Shown here piece by piece: positions 47,471 to 58,088 of a stretch of 62,864 nucleotides of DNA. Numbering within the stretch: the first letter of the stretch is position 1; the number at the start of each line of letters is the position of its first letter. The stretch is from a virus (taxonomy: Duplodnaviria; Caudoviricetes). The notes below the pieces were generated by a model. That model was not told the DNA's origin. It saw nothing but the letters and a program-made list of their open reading frames with translations, and searched no databases. Made by a program: the position numbers and the translations under genes. The stretch spans positions 1 to 62,864 of IMG/VR virus record IMGVR_UViG_3300032241_001240; one strand, 5' to 3'.

Positions 47471-48223
47471 TCAACCTATAACAATTAATGGAGGATTACT
47501 TGCATCAATATAATTATCTAATTCTTTTTCAAGCACTTCTCTCTCGGCTATTGCTTCTTGTTTCAATGCGTCGCCTTTGAGAGTTGTGCCGCCGCCGGGG
47601 CCAACAATTGTGTTGAATTTACTGTATGCTTCACCAAGTTGAGTTTTACACCATGTTAATGCATATGATCTAATCCAAGGACGTATAAACGGATCTTGCA
47701 ACAATTCCTCATCAACTCGTATGCGTTGACACCATAGCACAACAGTTTCTCCGCCAGTTGGTTTGCGAATTAATTGTAAAACTTTGGTAACAGGATTGAA
47801 CGTGTAATTCATATAAGCACCAAACATACGTCCAGCTTGCTTCAGATATTCGTTAAACAATTCGTATGTTAACAACCCGGCCGTATATCCGCCGCCGGCT
47901 CCTGCTTGCAACAAATACAAATTAGTATATGCAAGAGAAAAAGGATCTAGATAGGTACCACCTTGAGTTTCACCTAGACCGCGTCTATAAATTCCTCTCA
48001 CTTGAATAATTTCTTCTGGTAACGTATATTGGTTGGTTTCGTATAAAATATGTAAGAAATAATAAGATTCTTCTGACGAATTTCCTGCTCGTTGTCTATA
48101 GCGATCAAAAGCTAATGTCATTGCATTTTCATAATGCTCCGGATCAAGTTCAATATCAACTAATCCGCCGCCCATCATAAGGCGCATTTGATCAATAATT
48201 TGTTGTCTTAACGGAGTTGCCAT
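47471..48223 (-). CDS. Neck protein (gp13-like)
   Basis: MGG.LVDIELD.EH, Y.LP.EI..V, LGEAYSKF..I.GP.GGT.L.G..L..EA. Confidence 0.85.
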   Translation of the reverse strand: MATPLRQQIIDQMRLMMGGGLVDIELDPEHYENAMTLAFDRYRQRAGNSSEESYYFLHILYETNQYTLPEEIIQVRGIYRRGLGETQGGTYLDPFSLAYTNLYLLQAGAGGGYTAGLLTYELFNEYLKQAGRMFGAYMNYTFNPVTKVLQLIRKPTGGETVVLWCQRIRVDEELLQDPFIRPWIRSYALTWCKTQLGEAYSKFNTIVGPGGGTTLKGDALKQEAIAEREVLEKELDNYIDASNPPLIVIG

Positions 48224-48343
48224 GTGTTGTTCCTATATAAACCTATTTAGCCATTAACCGCAACAGACTGTTGCCTTTTTAGACCGACAGTATTCATTCT
48301 TTTAACAGATAGGTAAATAAATTCAGTATTAGAGGATTATAAA

Positions 48344-49498
48344 ATGCCACCGTTAAGTCTTTGGCGAGGCCAAGCAGTTAGAACAAACGATTTTAAATTT
48401 TTTGATCGAGTAATTTCTGAAATGTATGATGTAGGTGGCACAGAATTTTATATACACAAATCTATAGGTGTATATCAACAAGATACTGGAGCAGATGATT
48501 CTCTCCCATTGAATGTCACAACATCAGGTTTGCCAGATCCAAGCGCAACTATACAAGACGTACTCAACATGGAAAATCGAGATCGTAAATATGATCCAAA
48601 TGTTTATAGTCTTAAAGGTCACTATAATGTGCAAGATTTAGAGTTTGACCTTCGTCAATTTGGTCTTTTTCTCAGTAATGACACAATATTTATTACATTT
48701 CATTTAGGCAAGATGCTAGATATGATCGGTCGCAAATTAATGAGCGGAGATGTGATTGAAATATTACATCAACGCGACGATGCTATTTTAGGATCTGATG
48801 TAGCTGTTAATAGGTATTATGTAGTAGAAGACGGTACTAAACCAGCCGAAGGTTACAGTCCAACGTGGTGGCCTCATTTATGGCGTGTAAAGTGCAATCC
48901 AATTACCGATAGTACAGAATTTAGAGACATCATGCAATCGCCGTTGTTAGATGCAAGCGGTGACCCGGTTCCTGCATTAGATGGCCAAGGAGGATTCGCT
49001 ACATTGGGCGATGCTCTTAGTACCCGTAATGCAGAAAATGCAATCAGCAACGAAATTGCAGCGGCAGCACAAAAAGAAGTTCCTTTTTATTATTTTCAAA
49101 CTCAACACTGGTATATTTTGCCAGGTCAGCATTCAACCGTCGGTAGCCCAATTATCGGCGATAATGATATCTGGACAGGCGATGGTATACCACCAAACGG
49201 AAGTAAACCAGTTCAAATGGGAACTTCGTGGCCTGCAACACCTCTCAATGAAGATTATTTTTTACGTACAGATTGGTCTCCGCCGCAATTATTTCAATAT
49301 AGAAATAAAATATGGCATTGGGTACAAACTGACTTTAGAAATCAGTGGTTACCTGCAAGTCAAGGTCTGGTTAGCTTCATAAATAATAAAAACATTACAA
49401 CCCTTTCTAACGGAACAGTGATTCCGGAACAACAAAATCTGCGTAATGTTGTTAAGCCTAGACTTGATCCAGACATTATACAAGGAGATTCTAAATGA
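48344..49498 (+). CDS. Neck protein (gp14-like)
   Basis: IQDVL.MENRDRKYD, FDL.QFGLFL, GRKLMSGDVIE, W.PHLWRVK. Confidence 0.8.
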   Translation: MPPLSLWRGQAVRTNDFKFFDRVISEMYDVGGTEFYIHKSIGVYQQDTGADDSLPLNVTTSGLPDPSATIQDVLNMENRDRKYDPNVYSLKGHYNVQDLEFDLRQFGLFLSNDTIFITFHLGKMLDMIGRKLMSGDVIEILHQRDDAILGSDVAVNRYYVVEDGTKPAEGYSPTWWPHLWRVKCNPITDSTEFRDIMQSPLLDASGDPVPALDGQGGFATLGDALSTRNAENAISNEIAAAAQKEVPFYYFQTQHWYILPGQHSTVGSPIIGDNDIWTGDGIPPNGSKPVQMGTSWPATPLNEDYFLRTDWSPPQLFQYRNKIWHWVQTDFRNQWLPASQGLVSFINNKNITTLSNGTVIPEQQNLRNVVKPRLDPDIIQGDSK

Positions 49499-50124
49499 GT
49501 TTTGATTTCGATTTTACTCAACAAAAACTCGAAGATTGTATTGATAATTCAGATATCGATGATTGGTTTCAGCCGATATGTGATATTCTTCCTAGTTATC
49601 AAATAACATCAATGTTACGAGTTGCAGCATGGCTAGCACAAATGGGGCATGAAAGCGAAGATTTCTGTGTTCTCGAAGAAAACCTTAATTACAGTGCAAA
49701 AGGTTTAAGAACCGTATTTCCTCGTTATTTTCCAACAGATGCACTAGCACTACAATATCAGCGCAATCCAGAAAAAATTGCCAACAGAGTTTATGATAAC
49801 CGTATGGGAAACGGCCCAGAAGAATCTGGCGACGGATGGAAATTTCACGGTCGCGGATTGATACAAATTACCGGGAAAGATAATTATACACATTGCTCTA
49901 ATGCACTGTACGGAGATCTACGTTTACTTGATAATCCAGAATTAATTTGCGATATGGACGGCGCTATTAGAAGTGCTTGTTGGTTCTGGAATAGCAGAGA
50001 ATTAAATGATTTCGCTGATAATAAAGATATGATTACAATTACACGTCGTATTAACGGAGGCACGAACGGTCTTACTGAGCGTGTTGAACGATATCAACGT
50101 ATATTAAATATTTTGAATTCTTAA
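49495..50124 (+). CDS. GH19 lysozyme/chitinase-family endolysin
   Basis: LAQMGHES, EENLNYS, GRGLIQITGKDNY, WFW, INGGTNG. Confidence 0.92.
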   Translation: MSFDFDFTQQKLEDCIDNSDIDDWFQPICDILPSYQITSMLRVAAWLAQMGHESEDFCVLEENLNYSAKGLRTVFPRYFPTDALALQYQRNPEKIANRVYDNRMGNGPEESGDGWKFHGRGLIQITGKDNYTHCSNALYGDLRLLDNPELICDMDGAIRSACWFWNSRELNDFADNKDMITITRRINGGTNGLTERVERYQRILNILNS

Positions 50125-50205
50125 TTTATCGCTATTATCAAATATAACAATAAGCTGCTAATAGTTAACAACACCGTATAAATATACCCAAAGAAGGTGT
50201 AATTA

Positions 50206-52116
50206 ATGCAATATTGGTATTCTGCTCAGTTAAGACAATATCGTCTACAATTTATCAGAGCATTTAGCGGTTTTTCTGTCAAGACTGGCCGTGGCGGGCC
50301 AAATAACACCGAAGAACTTTTAAAGGTGCCATGCCGATATGGTGATCCATCTAGAGTAGCTGCATCAATAGTTAGAGGTAATAGCGAAAATAAGGTATTA
50401 ACCGTACCATTCATCACATGCTATATCAGTAGTCTAGTGATGAATGCAAGTCGCAGGCAAGATCCTTATTTTTCTAGATCAGTACAGGTTAATGAACGTT
50501 TATACGACGAACAATTAAACAGATATACAAACGAAATTGGTAATCGTTATCGAGTTGACATGTATATGCCTGTGCCATATGATGTAACCATGCAAGTTGA
50601 CATATGGACAAATAACGAGGATATAAAAGAACAACTTCTCGAACAAATAATGGTATTGTATAATCCAACTATAGATATTCAGACCTCGAATAATCCAATA
50701 GACTGGACCGTATTAACTTATATTGAAATGATGGAAAATATCAATTGGAGCTCTAGAACCATACCAGTTGGTACCGATAATCCTATTGATGTAGCAACAA
50801 TACAATTCAAATTTCCTATATGGATCAATCCTCCAGCTAAGGTTAAAAAACAAGTTCTTATAGAAGAAATTATAACCAACATTGTGCAAGGATATAAGTA
50901 TCCGAATGCTATGGAATGGTCTGAATATGAATTTCTAGCACGAGATATAACAACACCAGATGATGCAATTATACGCATTACAAACGTTGATCCTACTACA
51001 TACGCATTAAGTTTATGCGGGAGCAATGGATCGCCAATAGATTTATTGTCGCAACCAACCGTCACATTCGCTGCTGAATATCCAAAATTATTTGTTGGTA
51101 TGGTGTTTTTATGGAATACTATACAAATAACAATATCACACGATACATTAGCCGGAGCTATATCAGATATAAGAAGCTTTCTAGTAGGGACTCAATTAAA
51201 CTGTGTAATTTATAATAATACCAGTATGCAATTCATCAACACTGATGGAGGAGATAATGTATTTGTTGATATTGTACCAGGGTCTTTGAGCGCATTAGGG
51301 TTAGAGGGAACAACATATCCTGGAGGTAATCTTGCATGGTGGAGATTATTACAATTATACGGGACATTAAAACCTTATAGTCAGTATGGTGTGAATGCTA
51401 GTCAAATAAGACTGAAAACTATTGATGATCTAACCCAAACAAATACTGATCTAGTTGGTTGGATAGAAATTAACCCAACCAATCAAAATATACTTTATTG
51501 GTTTGCTGATCCAGAGAGTTTCCCGTCACAAACATTACCAGCAATAAATGCTATAGTAGATCCAACTGTAAGTGGTCCAAATATCAATTTACCAGCTGCT
51601 AGTATTGGGCAACGATATTTGTTGACTGATAATATACCAATAATTAGCCAGGCTTGGGGTAACATAAGTATCCCAGATTCGACGCCAGTAGCAATACAAC
51701 CTGCAATCTGGCAAGCTGAACAAACTGTTATTCAACTTAATTCTCCAAATGTACACATCAAATCTGGCCAACTTGTTACAAGCGGTAATGTCGGCATTCC
51801 TGATGGTACTGTTGTTTTAAATGTAGAAAATACAAAAATACAAATAATTAACGAACTAACACCGTTGTCTAGCAATTTAACCGTTACTAATAGTAATTTT
51901 GCGCCAGTAAATTTCTATTCTAGAGCAACCGCTAATGATATTATTACATACGATGGGAATAATTGGGTTGTTACTTTTGATTCAATAGCCGAGATCAATA
52001 CAACTCAATATACATTAAATTTAACGTCAAATCGATTGTATGTATGGAAAAATGATTTCTGGTCACCTGTAGTTGATTCTAAATATACTCCCGGATATTG
52101 GACAATATCTCTATGA
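50206..52116 (+). CDS. Tail terminator/sheath stabiliser (gp15-like) with C-terminal extension
   Basis: VPCRYGD, MPVPYD..MQVDIWT.N...K.QLLEQI..LYNP, PIWINPPAKV. Confidence 0.85.
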   Translation: MQYWYSAQLRQYRLQFIRAFSGFSVKTGRGGPNNTEELLKVPCRYGDPSRVAASIVRGNSENKVLTVPFITCYISSLVMNASRRQDPYFSRSVQVNERLYDEQLNRYTNEIGNRYRVDMYMPVPYDVTMQVDIWTNNEDIKEQLLEQIMVLYNPTIDIQTSNNPIDWTVLTYIEMMENINWSSRTIPVGTDNPIDVATIQFKFPIWINPPAKVKKQVLIEEIITNIVQGYKYPNAMEWSEYEFLARDITTPDDAIIRITNVDPTTYALSLCGSNGSPIDLLSQPTVTFAAEYPKLFVGMVFLWNTIQITISHDTLAGAISDIRSFLVGTQLNCVIYNNTSMQFINTDGGDNVFVDIVPGSLSALGLEGTTYPGGNLAWWRLLQLYGTLKPYSQYGVNASQIRLKTIDDLTQTNTDLVGWIEINPTNQNILYWFADPESFPSQTLPAINAIVDPTVSGPNINLPAASIGQRYLLTDNIPIISQAWGNISIPDSTPVAIQPAIWQAEQTVIQLNSPNVHIKSGQLVTSGNVGIPDGTVVLNVENTKIQIINELTPLSSNLTVTNSNFAPVNFYSRATANDIITYDGNNWVVTFDSIAEINTTQYTLNLTSNRLYVWKNDFWSPVVDSKYTPGYWTISL

Positions 52117-52871
52117 TTAAAAATTTATTCGAAATAGAAAAATCAATTGACATAGAAACTTTCAGCAAGATTTTTACGCCAGATATCAAGAGAACCATCG
52201 AAATTATTCGAAAATACGGCTTTGATTTAAGAGTGGTAGGTGGTGCTGTTAGAGATTTTCTACGAGGTGTAATACCAAGAGATGTTGATTTCGCTACAGA
52301 CGCAGAACCAGCAGAATTAATTTTTATTTTTGATCTAGAAGGAATTGAATACGATGCAACAGGTATAGGACATGGGACTATAAAAGCCGTATTTGGTAAT
52401 GATAAAATTGACGTAACGAGTATAACTTATAAGATGCATGTAGTAGGTAATAAAATTAAAATTGCTAGATCAAAAGGTTGGGAATTTGATAGCTTACGGC
52501 GGGATCTCACGATCAATAGTATGAGCGTAGATCTTCATGGTAATTTATATGATTATCAAAATGCACAACTAGATTTAGAACGCGGTTTGGTAAAATATTG
52601 CCCAAACTCGCAAGAAAAAATTGATCAAGATCCTTTGGCAATATTGCGATGGTTTAGAGCCATGACATATTTTGATAACCCCAGATGGTTGAAAAAAGAT
52701 CGAAAAGTTATCGAACGCAATGCTGAAAAAATTGTAGATGTAAAAGATGACAAACGAGCAAAATTCTTGCTTTCCGATATATTGTCATCAAAAAATTCAA
52801 AGCAAATTTTTGAATTGATGTGTGATACTGGTGTTGCACAACCTCTCGATATAACTTGCAACATAAACTAA
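52113..52871 (+). CDS. Second, truncated class II (CCA/PolyA-type) nucleotidyltransferase
   Basis: VVGGAVRD, DVDFATD, RRDLTINSM; templating motif reads QDPLAILR; ATGA overlap with the gp15-like gene. Confidence 0.85.
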   Translation: MIKNLFEIEKSIDIETFSKIFTPDIKRTIEIIRKYGFDLRVVGGAVRDFLRGVIPRDVDFATDAEPAELIFIFDLEGIEYDATGIGHGTIKAVFGNDKIDVTSITYKMHVVGNKIKIARSKGWEFDSLRRDLTINSMSVDLHGNLYDYQNAQLDLERGLVKYCPNSQEKIDQDPLAILRWFRAMTYFDNPRWLKKDRKVIERNAEKIVDVKDDKRAKFLLSDILSSKNSKQIFELMCDTGVAQPLDITCNIN

Positions 52872-52894
52872 TTATCTATTATAATTGATCTATA

Positions 52895-53752
52895 ATGAAT
52901 CAATTATCATCTCGCGACTTAATAATCGGAGCCTACACTAACTACAACTGGAATCAGATAAAATATTGGGCAAATAGTATCGACCTTTGCGGATTCTCTG
53001 GAGATAAAGCAATGATCGTTTATAATAGCGATAAAGATACTGTTCAACGACTGATCGATCTAGGATTTAAAGTTTGGGCATTTAATCAAGACCCTGTAAC
53101 CGGAAACTATTTTTGGCCACATGATTTAATTATCGTTGTGCAGCGTTTTTATCATTTATGGTACTATCTAGACCAATTACCGGAAAACACTTATCGTTAT
53201 GTAATATCAACTGATGTTAAAGATGTTGTATTTCAAACTGATCCAAGTAAATGGTTAGAAAAAAATCTAGGTGACAAAGATATTGTTGCTTGCTGCGAAA
53301 GCTTGCTATATAAAGATGAGCCTTGGGGTGCCGATAATATGCAAGGCAGTTATCCGATGATATGGAATCGGATAAAAAATCAACCAATATGGAATTGCGG
53401 TGTTCAAGCAGGACGTGTAAATTCGCTCAGAGATTTATGGTTAAATATTTGGCTCACATGCCGCGCTGGCGGCAGACCTAATCCCGATCAAGCAGCATAT
53501 AATTTACTTCTCAATACCAAAGCATGGTCAAATATAACACTGAAAACAATGAGCGAAGAAGGTTTTGCTGCTCAAGTAGGAACAACAGTTGATCCCACCA
53601 AAATTAATAATTTTAGGGTTAACTTACTTGAACCAGAACCTATATGGAACGGAGAATTTTGTTGTACAAGTAAAAATATTCCTCATGCAATTTTACACCA
53701 ATGGGATCGTATACCTAATTGGAAAGCAGCAATAGAACAAAGGTACGGATAA
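52895..53752 (+). CDS. Putative GT-A glycosyltransferase
   Basis: RFY, STDVKDVVFQTDP, NCGV.AG, DQAAYN, HQWDR. Confidence 0.7.
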   Translation: MNQLSSRDLIIGAYTNYNWNQIKYWANSIDLCGFSGDKAMIVYNSDKDTVQRLIDLGFKVWAFNQDPVTGNYFWPHDLIIVVQRFYHLWYYLDQLPENTYRYVISTDVKDVVFQTDPSKWLEKNLGDKDIVACCESLLYKDEPWGADNMQGSYPMIWNRIKNQPIWNCGVQAGRVNSLRDLWLNIWLTCRAGGRPNPDQAAYNLLLNTKAWSNITLKTMSEEGFAAQVGTTVDPTKINNFRVNLLEPEPIWNGEFCCTSKNIPHAILHQWDRIPNWKAAIEQRYG

Positions 53753-54738
53753 TGGAAATTAATCTCGATAAACTACATCAATCTAAAGAATATGTATTAA
53801 ACAATTTACTTCCTATACCAGAATATGAACCAAATAAAAGTATTGTAACAAGTTGTTATAGAAATGAAATCCCTGGTATGTTCATTCTTCTTAACGAACT
53901 TCAACGACTTGATTTTAACATACCTATTGAGGTTTTTTATCGAAATGGCGAATTAGATTCTAATGAAATTAATGAAATGTCTAACGTTTGGCCAGGACAC
54001 ATTGAATTCAAACAGATCAAAGCCAATGCTAAAAATTTTCAAGATCGATGGGGCAATACCAAAGGATGGAGTACAAAAGTACATGCCATCTGGGAAAGCA
54101 AATATCAAGAAAATTTTTGGATAGACGGGGATAATTTTCCTATTAGAAATTGTTTAGAGTTATTCGAAGATTCAGAATATAAAGAAAAAGGCAGTTTATT
54201 TTGGAGAGACGTATACAGCGTTGATAGGGCCAATCAATATCACGACGGTGGCCAAATGTGGAAAATATTTGATGTACCACCGAACGACGGTGAACCATTT
54301 GAAAGCGGCCAATTTCTCATAAACAAATCTAAGATTTGGCCCCAATTATGTTTGATGATGCATTTTACAGAAAATTGTGAAATATACTACAATTTTGGCG
54401 GTGACGCAGAATGCTGGCGAATGGCATGGCAATATGTATCTAGTAAAACTGGCGGATACCACGAACGTTTCAATTATCATGCTAGTGATAAGGTTCCGTA
54501 TGGATTCATCGAATATGGCCCGTTTCATAAAGGTGTACAAAATCCTTGGCACAAATATGGCGGAGGTACCGTAATGGTACAACGAGATAGAAGCGGAAAA
54601 GAACTATTCAACCACAGAAATATACACAAATTTAGATGGCAAGGAGAAAATCCTTTCAACGAAGATGTTGCTAATGAGATGACATATCACATGATTATGC
54701 GCCATCTCAAGACAAAATATGGGGTAAACGATGCCTGA
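53752..54738 (+). CDS. Putative alpha-mannosyltransferase (GT71/MNN-like)
   Basis: PIEVFY, K..AI..S, WIDGDN.P, GSLFWRD, FESGQ.LINK, GD.E.WR.AW. Confidence 0.72.
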   Translation: MEINLDKLHQSKEYVLNNLLPIPEYEPNKSIVTSCYRNEIPGMFILLNELQRLDFNIPIEVFYRNGELDSNEINEMSNVWPGHIEFKQIKANAKNFQDRWGNTKGWSTKVHAIWESKYQENFWIDGDNFPIRNCLELFEDSEYKEKGSLFWRDVYSVDRANQYHDGGQMWKIFDVPPNDGEPFESGQFLINKSKIWPQLCLMMHFTENCEIYYNFGGDAECWRMAWQYVSSKTGGYHERFNYHASDKVPYGFIEYGPFHKGVQNPWHKYGGGTVMVQRDRSGKELFNHRNIHKFRWQGENPFNEDVANEMTYHMIMRHLKTKYGVNDA

Positions 54739-55897
54739 AATACTGAGTAAATTTACTTATCCAGATCAATGGGGATTCAAACGAACCCCTGCAAGACCAA
54801 AAAATTTACAAGTGTTAGATTTTGATAAAAACTATGATTACGACACTGTATGGAATGATGCTATACAAGTGAGTTCAGATTCAATGCTGCTGATAGGGCC
54901 ACCTCTTTATAAAACAGCACAATGGATTTACGATAATTGCAAATTTACCGACATGCAGGGGCGCGAATTATCATGGCAATACAGCGAGATAGACCGTGCA
55001 TGTGTTGTTCGTATAGCAACATATAGTTGGATGAAAGATTTTGTTTTTGAAACTCCCACAGAAAAATATATTGTTAAAGTAAATCATGCTCGTGGAGAAT
55101 TTTCTGGATTAAAAACTATTGTTACTATCAGCAAAAATCATCCAATTTCTTGGTTAAAACAATGGATAGATTATCATAGAACTGTCCATAAGATTGAAGG
55201 TCTATTGTTATACAACAATCAAAGTACAATATACACTAGCGAAGAATTAGAACATGAATTAAGTCGCAATGACATGACTATTAAAGTTGTAGATTATGAT
55301 GTTCCGTTTGGTGTTATGGGAGGAGGTTTGTGGGAATGGCAAGGAAAATCTGGAGATTATTTGCCGTGGGATAGCGATTTCAGCCAGTATGTTATGCTCG
55401 AACATGCAAAATGGAGATATCTATATTGTGCAAAACTTGTTATAAACGCTGATACAGATGAACTACTTGTCATAAAAAATTCCAATTTAGACGGAGTTGC
55501 AGATTATTGTGCAGTAGGCGAGCATTCTGTCTTATTGTATGACGGTGTGTGGGTAGAACCGGTCGATAGTCGTACAGGTATAATAGCCAAAAATATACCA
55601 TTTGATAATAGGCATTTTTCAAACTATTGGCATACTACAAATGGTGACGGCCGAGGTATCGGAGTGAAATGGATGCTGAACCCACAGCGCAACATGCAAT
55701 ATCAATGGCATTTGCATAAAACCTACGGGCCGCATGTCAAAACAAACGAGATAACATTTGGGCATTACTTTGCTATGAATACTAGTTGGAGCTATACCCG
55801 CGACGAGTTTTTAGGTGATACTAATAATTTAGTAGAATTTAGCGAATTAAAAGACAATTTAAGGTTGTGGGAACAACTATCTGGAGAACGTAGATGA
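54731..55897 (+). CDS. Putative glycosyltransferase (GT92/GT2-like)
   Basis: WIDYHR.....LLYNN.S and DTDELL. Confidence 0.65.
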   Translation: MPEILSKFTYPDQWGFKRTPARPKNLQVLDFDKNYDYDTVWNDAIQVSSDSMLLIGPPLYKTAQWIYDNCKFTDMQGRELSWQYSEIDRACVVRIATYSWMKDFVFETPTEKYIVKVNHARGEFSGLKTIVTISKNHPISWLKQWIDYHRTVHKIEGLLLYNNQSTIYTSEELEHELSRNDMTIKVVDYDVPFGVMGGGLWEWQGKSGDYLPWDSDFSQYVMLEHAKWRYLYCAKLVINADTDELLVIKNSNLDGVADYCAVGEHSVLLYDGVWVEPVDSRTGIIAKNIPFDNRHFSNYWHTTNGDGRGIGVKWMLNPQRNMQYQWHLHKTYGPHVKTNEITFGHYFAMNTSWSYTRDEFLGDTNNLVEFSELKDNLRLWEQLSGERR

Positions 55898-56544
55898 AAG
55901 CTGCTGTACTAACAACACACGATGAGAATTATAAAATACTTGCTGATCTAACTTGGGATAAAAATCGATCGTTATATGCACGTAAGCATGGGTACGGAGC
56001 TCTTGCTAAAACAGACAATTTTCAGCAACCAATTATTGGCTGGGAAAAAATAGTGTTTTGTTTAGAGGTAATGAATAATAGCGATTATGAACTTCTTCAT
56101 TTCAGCGGTACAGACACATTAATTACTAATTGGCATATACCACTCACAGAATTTGTATACCCTAATTATCATATTACTATTGCAACAGACTTTAACGGAA
56201 TACAAATTGACAGTTTTGTAATTCGTAACACACAAGAAAGTCGAAATTGGTTGCAAATGATCATGGATAAACAAGCCGAATTCAGTCGGCATCCTTATTT
56301 TGAGCAAGGTGTTGTAATGACAACATATCCGCAATATAAGGATATTATCAAAGTTGTGCCGCAACGCTATCTTAATGCATATCACTATCCATTATATAAA
56401 AATAAAGGAGCAAAAAATAATCTTGATGCAATGGGTTTTAGCGGCCAATGGCATAAAGGTGATTTTTTAATTCATTGTCCAGATCATCCAATGCATGTAA
56501 GATTGGCATTATTCAACGAAATTCTACCAGAAGTTATTACCTGA
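55894..56544 (+). CDS. Putative GT34 (GMA12/MNN10-like) glycosyltransferase
   Basis: YARKHGY, WEKI, F.IRN, FEQ, PQR.LNAY, W..GDF.IH; the DxD position reads GTD. Confidence 0.7.
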   Translation: MKAAVLTTHDENYKILADLTWDKNRSLYARKHGYGALAKTDNFQQPIIGWEKIVFCLEVMNNSDYELLHFSGTDTLITNWHIPLTEFVYPNYHITIATDFNGIQIDSFVIRNTQESRNWLQMIMDKQAEFSRHPYFEQGVVMTTYPQYKDIIKVVPQRYLNAYHYPLYKNKGAKNNLDAMGFSGQWHKGDFLIHCPDHPMHVRLALFNEILPEVIT

Positions 56545-56545
56545 A

Positions 56546-57370
56546 ATGAAAATTTTTATTACAGGGTCGACCGGATTTATTGGTCGAAATTTAGTTGAAT
56601 ATTATAAAGAACATGAGGTATTCGAGCATAAACGCGAAGATTCATTGATTGATAATTTGTTATCTGCTGATCCCGATGTAATCATCAATTGTGCAGCAGA
56701 AATATACAATCCAGATTTTATGTGGGAAGCCAACATAAACATAACAGCGTCTTGTTTAAATTTTCTTAAACAATCTAAAAAAAAGATGATACAAATAGGA
56801 TCTAGTTCAGAATATGGTCCAATGTCTAGAGCCAGTGCAGAAGTTGATCGAATAAATCCTATAGATATGTATCAGACTACAAAAGGTATGGCAACAATCT
56901 TGTGTCAGGGTATGGCTAGAACATATAATTTAGATGTCAAAATTGCTCGCCCATACAGTGTATATGGCAAATATGAAAAACCTCATAGACTGTTTCCTAG
57001 ATTATGGAGAGCTTTTTATCTTAACGAACCTGTGACATTGTATGACGGCGAACACGACTTTATCTATATCAACGATTTTGTTAGAGGTATAGATCTATTG
57101 GTCAATTCTGACAATAAAAAATACGGTGATATTGTTAATCTCGGATCTGGCACCCAGTATTCTAATGTAGAGGTTTTAAATATATTTGGTCAAATAATTG
57201 GCAGGAGTGCACCGATCACACATGTACCCAAAATGATAAAGAGCTTCGAATCAGAAATTTGGAAATGCGATATAAATTATGCACGAAATGAATACGGATT
57301 TAAATGTAGATACGATTTACCAGCCGGAGTTAGAGATTTTCTAAAAACCGCATATTATAATAAGGAATAA
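56546..57370 (+). CDS. NAD-dependent nucleotide-sugar epimerase/reductase
   Basis: ITGSTGFIG, GSSSEYG, YQTTK, RP.SVYG, DFIY.ND. Confidence 0.9.
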   Translation: MKIFITGSTGFIGRNLVEYYKEHEVFEHKREDSLIDNLLSADPDVIINCAAEIYNPDFMWEANINITASCLNFLKQSKKKMIQIGSSSEYGPMSRASAEVDRINPIDMYQTTKGMATILCQGMARTYNLDVKIARPYSVYGKYEKPHRLFPRLWRAFYLNEPVTLYDGEHDFIYINDFVRGIDLLVNSDNKKYGDIVNLGSGTQYSNVEVLNIFGQIIGRSAPITHVPKMIKSFESEIWKCDINYARNEYGFKCRYDLPAGVRDFLKTAYYNKE

Positions 57371-57372
57371 CA

Positions 57373-58086
57373 ATGAAGCTTTTTCGCCAACTTGTGACAG
57401 CAAATAAAAGTGTGGTTACAATAGATACCGAAGATAAACGTATAGTCGATCATTTTGCTAATCCGGCAAATTATGCAGATGTTGTACTGGATATGTTCAA
57501 CAATGATAGATTTTATGATCAATTTTTTAAAGGGTGGTCTGATATTACTGTTTTAGACATCGGAGGAAACATAGGTTTGTTTTCACTTTATGTGCACGAC
57601 ATAGCTAAAGTTGTTTATACACTAGAACCCACTACTAGCCATTATGCTATTTTACAAGAATTGACAAAAAATTATCCTACAATTTGTCCAATCAATATAG
57701 CGTTGCATAATAATGACGAAGATATTCCGTTTTATATAAGCAACGAAAATAGCACCATGAACAGTACCGTTAATCAATATGGTACAAAAACCATGGTAAA
57801 AGGTCGAACATTGAATACCATAGTTAACGAACTTGGACTAACCACTGTAGATTTTGTAAAGTGTGATATCGAAGGATCTGAAATGATTGCATTAACACAC
57901 GAAACGATTTCGGCAGTCAAAGACAAAGTTAAAGTATGGAGTATTGAGGTACATGCCACAGATAAAAATTTGCATCCAGAAATTAGTTTAAATCTCAATA
58001 GAGATCACATAATAAAAATCTTAGAAGATAATGGTTATAATGCATACCGTCATAGGTATGACTGTATATATGCATATAAGGTTTAA
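57373..58086 (+). CDS. FkbM-family methyltransferase
   Basis: VLDIGGNIGLFS, LEP, VKCDIEGSE, IEVH. Confidence 0.88.
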   Translation: MKLFRQLVTANKSVVTIDTEDKRIVDHFANPANYADVVLDMFNNDRFYDQFFKGWSDITVLDIGGNIGLFSLYVHDIAKVVYTLEPTTSHYAILQELTKNYPTICPINIALHNNDEDIPFYISNENSTMNSTVNQYGTKTMVKGRTLNTIVNELGLTTVDFVKCDIEGSEMIALTHETISAVKDKVKVWSIEVHATDKNLHPEISLNLNRDHIIKILEDNGYNAYRHRYDCIYAYKV

Positions 58087-58088
58087 TA

